DNA of 64,000 nucleotides from Spirulina sp. (GTDB lineage Bacteria; Cyanobacteriota; Cyanobacteriia; Phormidesmidales; Phormidesmidaceae): NCBI GenBank assembly GCA_044070495.1, contig JBIPSI010000011.1, positions 32,001 to 96,000 of the forward strand, read 5' to 3'. Shown piece by piece: positions 59,783 to 64,000 of this stretch (position 1 is its first letter; each line of letters starts with the position of its first letter). The notes under the pieces were generated by a model. It saw only the letters and a program-made list of their open reading frames with translations, ran no database searches and was not told where the DNA came from. The position numbers and the translations under genes were made by a program.

Positions 59783-59928
59783 GTAGGGGCGAGGTCTCCT
59801 CGTCCATCAATATTGGAGATCAGCAACGGGTTGATTGATAAATCTGACTAGAACCCAGATCCATCAAAGGGTTAGGAGACCTGACTCCCACATTATTCAA
59901 AAGCTGTAGGGGCGAGGTCTCCTCGCCC
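59783..59928. repeat. Cluster of three GTAG-type REPs
   Basis: GTAGGGGCGAGGTCTCCTCG at 59783 and 59906; inverted degenerate copy at 59869-59891. Confidence 0.8.
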
Positions 59929-59992
59929 GACGCAGAATCTTTTGTTAGTCAACCAACAGCAAACCAGATTCAGGATAGAAAGCGAGAAGCCC

Positions 59993-60019
59993 AAAAAAAA
60001 GACCCAGCATGGCTGGGTC
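59993..60019 (-). terminator. Intrinsic terminator of psb35
   Basis: A8-GACCCAGC-ATG-GCTGGGTC. Confidence 0.75.
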
Positions 60020-60074
60020 GTTCATTCACTGTTGGGAGACAATCCCTAGAGAAAGAGGAGAGTTGAGGCGGAAT

Positions 60075-60302
60075 CTAGCTCAGGTTGCCGCTGGAGAAGG
60101 CATCGCCAGAGTAGGCGGGCACCCGGTCAGAAAAATCGGTGGCTTGGCCAGTCACGCTCTGGGCTAATTGGTCGAAGGACTTGGAATTCCAGTTGCGCTC
60201 GTGGATAGGCTTGGTTTGCTCGCCCCGGAAGTAGGCTTGGCTACCGATTAGCGCCACAGCAACCCAGCCGACGACAAACAGAGAAATCAGAATGGCAATC
60301 AT
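60075..60302 (-). CDS. psb35: Photosystem II assembly protein Psb35-like
   Basis: Single TM plus IGSQAYFRGEQTKPIHERNW; AGGAGG RBS. Confidence 0.7.
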   Translation of the reverse strand: MIAILISLFVVGWVAVALIGSQAYFRGEQTKPIHERNWNSKSFDQLAQSVTGQATDFSDRVPAYSGDAFSSGNLS

Positions 60303-60436
60303 GGAAGACCTCCTAAATGGTTCACTTTGTGGAGCTTAACGCTCATGGGCAAAAGCACCGCCGATGAACCGAGAGTTGCACGATGGCGAAGGTGCGCTTG
60401 CCTTGTATGTGTACCAATGTAACGCAATAGTTACAG

Positions 60437-60454
60437 AATGTAAAGGTATGTTGC
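60437..60454 (-). promoter_or_regulatory. HLR1-like element
   Basis: GCAACATA-CC-TTTACATT, with further GTTACA half-sites nearby. Confidence 0.4.
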
Positions 60455-60605
60455 AATTATCGTTTTGTGGTGGTAGTGCGAATTTTGGTTCGGTTACCCC
60501 TACCCCCGCACCTATCAACGGCAGACAAAACGTAGGATCCGTTTTCGGCAACCCATAGACCGGGCAGCACTCCAATACCTCCCGTCTGTCGCAATGCACC
60601 AAGCC

Positions 60606-61592
60606 CTAACCGCCAATTTGCGACATGGTGCGGCTGTAGGCTCCGGTAACGCCGGATTCTCGCATTTTGTAGTTAATGTCGGGTTTGGCCCCCAGCAGTT
60701 CTGCCACCTGGGCGCGGAGGTCATCCAGGGACTGGCCTTGGCACAGGGGAGTTTTGAGGTCAATCTGTCCGGTTTCGTTCAGCAGACAGGGGCGCAGCCA
60801 GCCATCGGCGGAGAGGCGCATTCGGTTGCAGCGGTCGCAAAAGCATTCCGACATTTGGCTAATAAAGCCCACGGTGCCCAGTGCGCCCGGAATTTGGAAC
60901 ACATCCGCTGGGCCATTGCCCTGCACTTGCCCCTCTGTGAGTCCCCACCGTTGACGAATGCGCTGGCGCAGGGTTTCGGAATCCACCCAGCCCCGGTCTT
61001 TGAATAGATCATCATTGCCGATGGGCATGAACTCAATAAACCGCACATGCCACCGTCGATCCAGCGTGAGGGCGGCTAAATCCAGCACCTCGTGGTCGTT
61101 GACGCCGGGAATCACCACCACATTCAGCTTCAGCGGAGAAAATCCCACTTGGTGCGCCGCCTGAATTCCGGCCCACACCTCTGGCCAGCGGGATCGCCCC
61201 CGCCCCCCCACAATCTGCTGAAACACGTCCGGGTCAAGGGAATCGAGGCTGATGTTGATCCGCCGCAGCCCCGCATCCCACAAATCCTGAGCCAGGTTAC
61301 TCAGCAAAAAGGCGTTGGTGGTGATGGCCAAATCCTGGGTGCCAGGGAGGTGGGTAATATCGCGCACAATATCCACCACATCGGGCCGCAGCAATGGTTC
61401 CCCCCCCGTGAGCCGAAACCGCGAAAACCCCAGCGGCATAAAGATTTCGGTGAGCAACCGCCGCAGTTCCCCACGGGTGAGCCAGTCCTGCTGCTGCACG
61501 TACTGAAGGTCGATGCCCTCCGGCATACAGTAGGTGCACTGGAAATTGCAGCGGTCGATTAGGCTGATGCGGAGGTAGTCGATGGTGGGCAT
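60606..61592 (-). CDS. moaA: GTP 3',8-cyclase MoaA
   Basis: [27 protein letters not shown]-terminal MSQIGG. Confidence 0.97.
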   Translation of the reverse strand: MPTIDYLRISLIDRCNFQCTYCMPEGIDLQYVQQQDWLTRGELRRLLTEIFMPLGFSRFRLTGGEPLLRPDVVDIVRDITHLPGTQDLAITTNAFLLSNLAQDLWDAGLRRINISLDSLDPDVFQQIVGGRGRSRWPEVWAGIQAAHQVGFSPLKLNVVVIPGVNDHEVLDLAALTLDRRWHVRFIEFMPIGNDDLFKDRGWVDSETLRQRIRQRWGLTEGQVQGNGPADVFQIPGALGTVGFISQMSECFCDRCNRMRLSADGWLRPCLLNETGQIDLKTPLCQGQSLDDLRAQVAELLGAKPDINYKMRESGVTGAYSRTMSQIGG

Positions 61593-61600
61593 GGAGGGGA

Positions 61601-61635
61601 TTGGTTATTTGGTTATTGGTTATTGGTTATTGGCT
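61601..61635. repeat. STRR-type heptamer tandem repeat (TTGGTTA x4)
   Basis: Read directly from the sequence. Confidence 0.8.
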
Positions 61636-61810
61636 GGCACTCCTCGCCCAGTGGGAGAAGGGTTGGGGGTGAGGCCGAGGGACTTGGGGGTGAAGGCCAA
61701 GGATTAACGGTTTTAGTTTAGCAACAAGCAAGTTTCGTAAGTTGGTGCGGGGTGAACCAAATCCTGGAAACCTGGAATAATCACCCTAGGACGTTGGCGG
61801 TAGGGGATCT

Positions 61811-63256
61811 ATGGGCGTTGATTATGACCTACTTATTGCGGGGGGAACGGTGCAGGGGCGACGGGCAGCGGCCTTGGCGGCACGGGAGGGGGCGCGGGTG
61901 GCGCTGGTGGAACCGCCGGGATCGGTGGAGCGAACGGTGGGTACCCAGGTGGGCATTGACCTGCTGGCCCAGGCGGCGGGATCGGGGTTGGGCCTCGGTG
62001 GCGTAGCCCCTATTCAAGGGATAGACGCGCCTCAAAAAGGCTTCAGCGGCGCAGATTGGGCTAATTTGCGGCGGCGCATGGCCCTGGCCACAGAGCTTGA
62101 CCTCGCGACCCTATCCCCTGGGGCCTTAGCGGCGATGGGGGTGGATGTGATCCTGGCCTTGGGCCAATTTAGCCCCAAGCCTCGGCTGGCGTTTACCACG
62201 GTGGATCGGAGTCTGCGGGCTAGGGGCTATGTGCTGTGTCCGCCTACGCAAACCACGGTGCCCACGATTCCGGGCTTGGCCAACACCCCCTACCGTACCC
62301 TGGATGACCTGGTGGCTTGGGATGACCTGCCCGCAAGCGCCATCATTTTGGGCCGCAGTCCCCAGGCGATTGCCTTGGCCCAGTCCCTAGCGGCCTTGGG
62401 GCGTTCGGTGACGCTGCTGAGCCGAGGGGATCGGCTGTTGCCCACAGAAGATGCGGATTTGTCGCTGTTTGGGGAACAGCTTTTGCGGGCGGCGGGGGTG
62501 GATGTGCGACTGGGGCAACGGCCTGCATCGGTGGCCTACGACGGCCAATTTTGGGTGACGTTGGAGGATGAAACCACCCTTTCCGGCCAACAGCTCATCT
62601 TGGGTACGGCCCAAACCCCGGTTACAACAGGCTTAAATCTAGCCGCCCTTGGCCTGAAGCCCAATCCGCAGGGCATTCCAGTGGATGATCGGCTGGGTAC
62701 GGTTCATCCCCGTGTATTTGCCTGTGGGCCTGCCCTCGGTGGCTATTGGGCCACAGCCACGGATTTTCAGGATGTGCCCATCGCTGTCCGCAATGCCCTG
62801 TACCTGCCCTATCGCCGCCTAACGGTGTTCCAGCGGCCTTGTATATTGCCCATGGTGCCTGCCCTGGGGCGCGTAGGCATGACCGCCAGCCAAGCCCAGC
62901 GCTGGTTTGGATCTGAAGTCTCGGTGCTTCAGGTGAATCTTGGGGATACCCTCGCCCCTCACCTGGCTGGGGATGTGACGGGGCTGTGCCGCTGGGTGGT
63001 GCATCGCGATGGACGGTTACTGGGCGCACAGATTTGGGGCGTTCATGCCAGGGATTTGATTCAAACCGTGGCTGGCATGATGCAAAACAACCGCCGTATC
63101 CAGCACTGGGAAAGGATCTCGACCCTACCCCACAGCCACAGCGAAATTCTGGATCAGATGGTCGCCGCTTGGCAACGGCAGCGCTGGCAACCGGGCACTT
63201 GGCGACGCGACTGGGCCGAAAACTGGTTTAACTGGCGGCGATCCCGCTTTCCCTAG
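61811..63256 (+). CDS. Pyridine nucleotide-disulfide oxidoreductase-like flavoprotein with degenerate active site
   Basis: YDLLIAGG, GRVGMT, G.LLGAQI dimerisation domain; no CxxxxC. Confidence 0.8.
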   Translation: MGVDYDLLIAGGTVQGRRAAALAAREGARVALVEPPGSVERTVGTQVGIDLLAQAAGSGLGLGGVAPIQGIDAPQKGFSGADWANLRRRMALATELDLATLSPGALAAMGVDVILALGQFSPKPRLAFTTVDRSLRARGYVLCPPTQTTVPTIPGLANTPYRTLDDLVAWDDLPASAIILGRSPQAIALAQSLAALGRSVTLLSRGDRLLPTEDADLSLFGEQLLRAAGVDVRLGQRPASVAYDGQFWVTLEDETTLSGQQLILGTAQTPVTTGLNLAALGLKPNPQGIPVDDRLGTVHPRVFACGPALGGYWATATDFQDVPIAVRNALYLPYRRLTVFQRPCILPMVPALGRVGMTASQAQRWFGSEVSVLQVNLGDTLAPHLAGDVTGLCRWVVHRDGRLLGAQIWGVHARDLIQTVAGMMQNNRRIQHWERISTLPHSHSEILDQMVAAWQRQRWQPGTWRRDWAENWFNWRRSRFP

Positions 63257-63308
63257 ACCTAGATCCGCACCCGAAAATCGAGATACCCAAGGATGGGTTT
63301 AGGTTCCC

Positions 63309-64000
63309 TTAACCTCCCCAGACCAAACTGCCCCGCTTGCGTTGCTCTTGTTCAATGGCTTCAAACAGGGCTTTAAAGTTGCGTTCTCCAAACCCCTGGG
63401 CCAAGATGGGCTGTGTTCCGGCCCAGGCCGATTGGCGTTGAATAATCTCAAAAAACAGCGTCGGTTGGTTAAACACGGGCTGGGTAAAGGTCTGCAACAG
63501 CTTGGCTTGGGGCGTTTGGCTGTCCCAGTCCACCAGAATATTCAGGCGCACCAGATCCTGAATCAGCGGATGGGAGGATAGATAGTCGGAGCTTGCCGTC
63601 CCAGGAACGCTGGGCAGGGTCGCTCCGTCACGGGGTTGAACTCCATAGCCAGGACGTTCGGCCAGGGCTTGGTAGTAGCCATCGGGCACATCCAGGAAAG
63701 TGATGCCCAGGGTTTTAAGGCGCTGCACGGTTTGGGTAATGTCGCTGGTGTGGAGGGCCACATGCTGTACCCCAGGGCCTCGGTTCCAGTGGAGAAATTC
63801 CTGCACCTGGGAATTGGCGGTGGTGGGTTCATTGATGGGCAGGGTAGCTCCACCGTGGGGATGGGCCAAAACCTGGCTGCGTAGGCCCGACCAAGGCGTG
63901 TCGATGGTAAATTCCTGCTGGGGCTGAAAACCAAACCGCTGCACGTACCAATCTACCGCCGCCGCGAGCTGCCCCACAGGCACGTTGATCACCCCATGAT
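63309..64000 (-). CDS. hppD: 4-hydroxyphenylpyruvate dioxygenase, 5' end outside window
   Basis: GVQHVAL, LLQTFT, FFEIIQR, GFGERNFKALFEAIE. Confidence 0.95.
   Translation of the reverse strand, partial: HGVINVPVGQLAAAVDWYVQRFGFQPQQEFTIDTPWSGLRSQVLAHPHGGATLPINEPTTANSQVQEFLHWNRGPGVQHVALHTSDITQTVQRLKTLGITFLDVPDGYYQALAERPGYGVQPRDGATLPSVPGTASSDYLSSHPLIQDLVRLNILVDWDSQTPQAKLLQTFTQPVFNQPTLFFEIIQRQSAWAGTQPILAQGFGERNFKALFEAIEQEQRKRGSLVWGG

Noticed and set aside
60418..60435. TGTAAC-N6-GTTACA as an NtcA site
   Set aside because: Spacing is GTA-N10-TAC rather than N8; more likely RpaB-like half-sites

Overview
GC-rich chromosomal segment of a cyanobacterium, probably a filamentous Leptolyngbya/Nodosilinea-like lineage (inferred from ccsA, an hli gene, psb35, a phycobiliprotein-like gene, cruE and STRR heptamer repeats). 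Most of it is housekeeping: ttcA, a KirBac channel, ccsA, bgtAB, 5-oxoprolinase, sdhB, leuB, pheS, surE, nadE, rpmG-rpsR-rnb, amiF, tgt, sbcC, moaA and hppD. I found no rRNA, tRNA, CRISPR array, integrase or transposase. Five things stand out. (1) A partly AT-rich accessory island lies between leuB and spoIID (about 23.1-29.7 kb). It holds a secreted bulb-lectin protein with a membrane-hairpin-like segment, and a divergent XRE / small-protein switch with a highly structured RNA leader. It also holds an orphan HigA, a HEPN-type protein and a VapBC pair. (2) A MITE family has, in two independent copies, inserted between the TA and G of a TAG stop codon and restored the stop as TAA. (3) The cyanobacterial HIP1 octamer appears absent, while CCCTAGGG is enriched. 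(4) Four repeat-derived in-frame insertions sit inside the oxoprolinase gene. (5) NtcA-type boxes precede a Rieske oxygenase, bgtB, a lipoprotein and a phycobiliprotein-like globin. All assignments come from reading motifs by eye; no database search was run.
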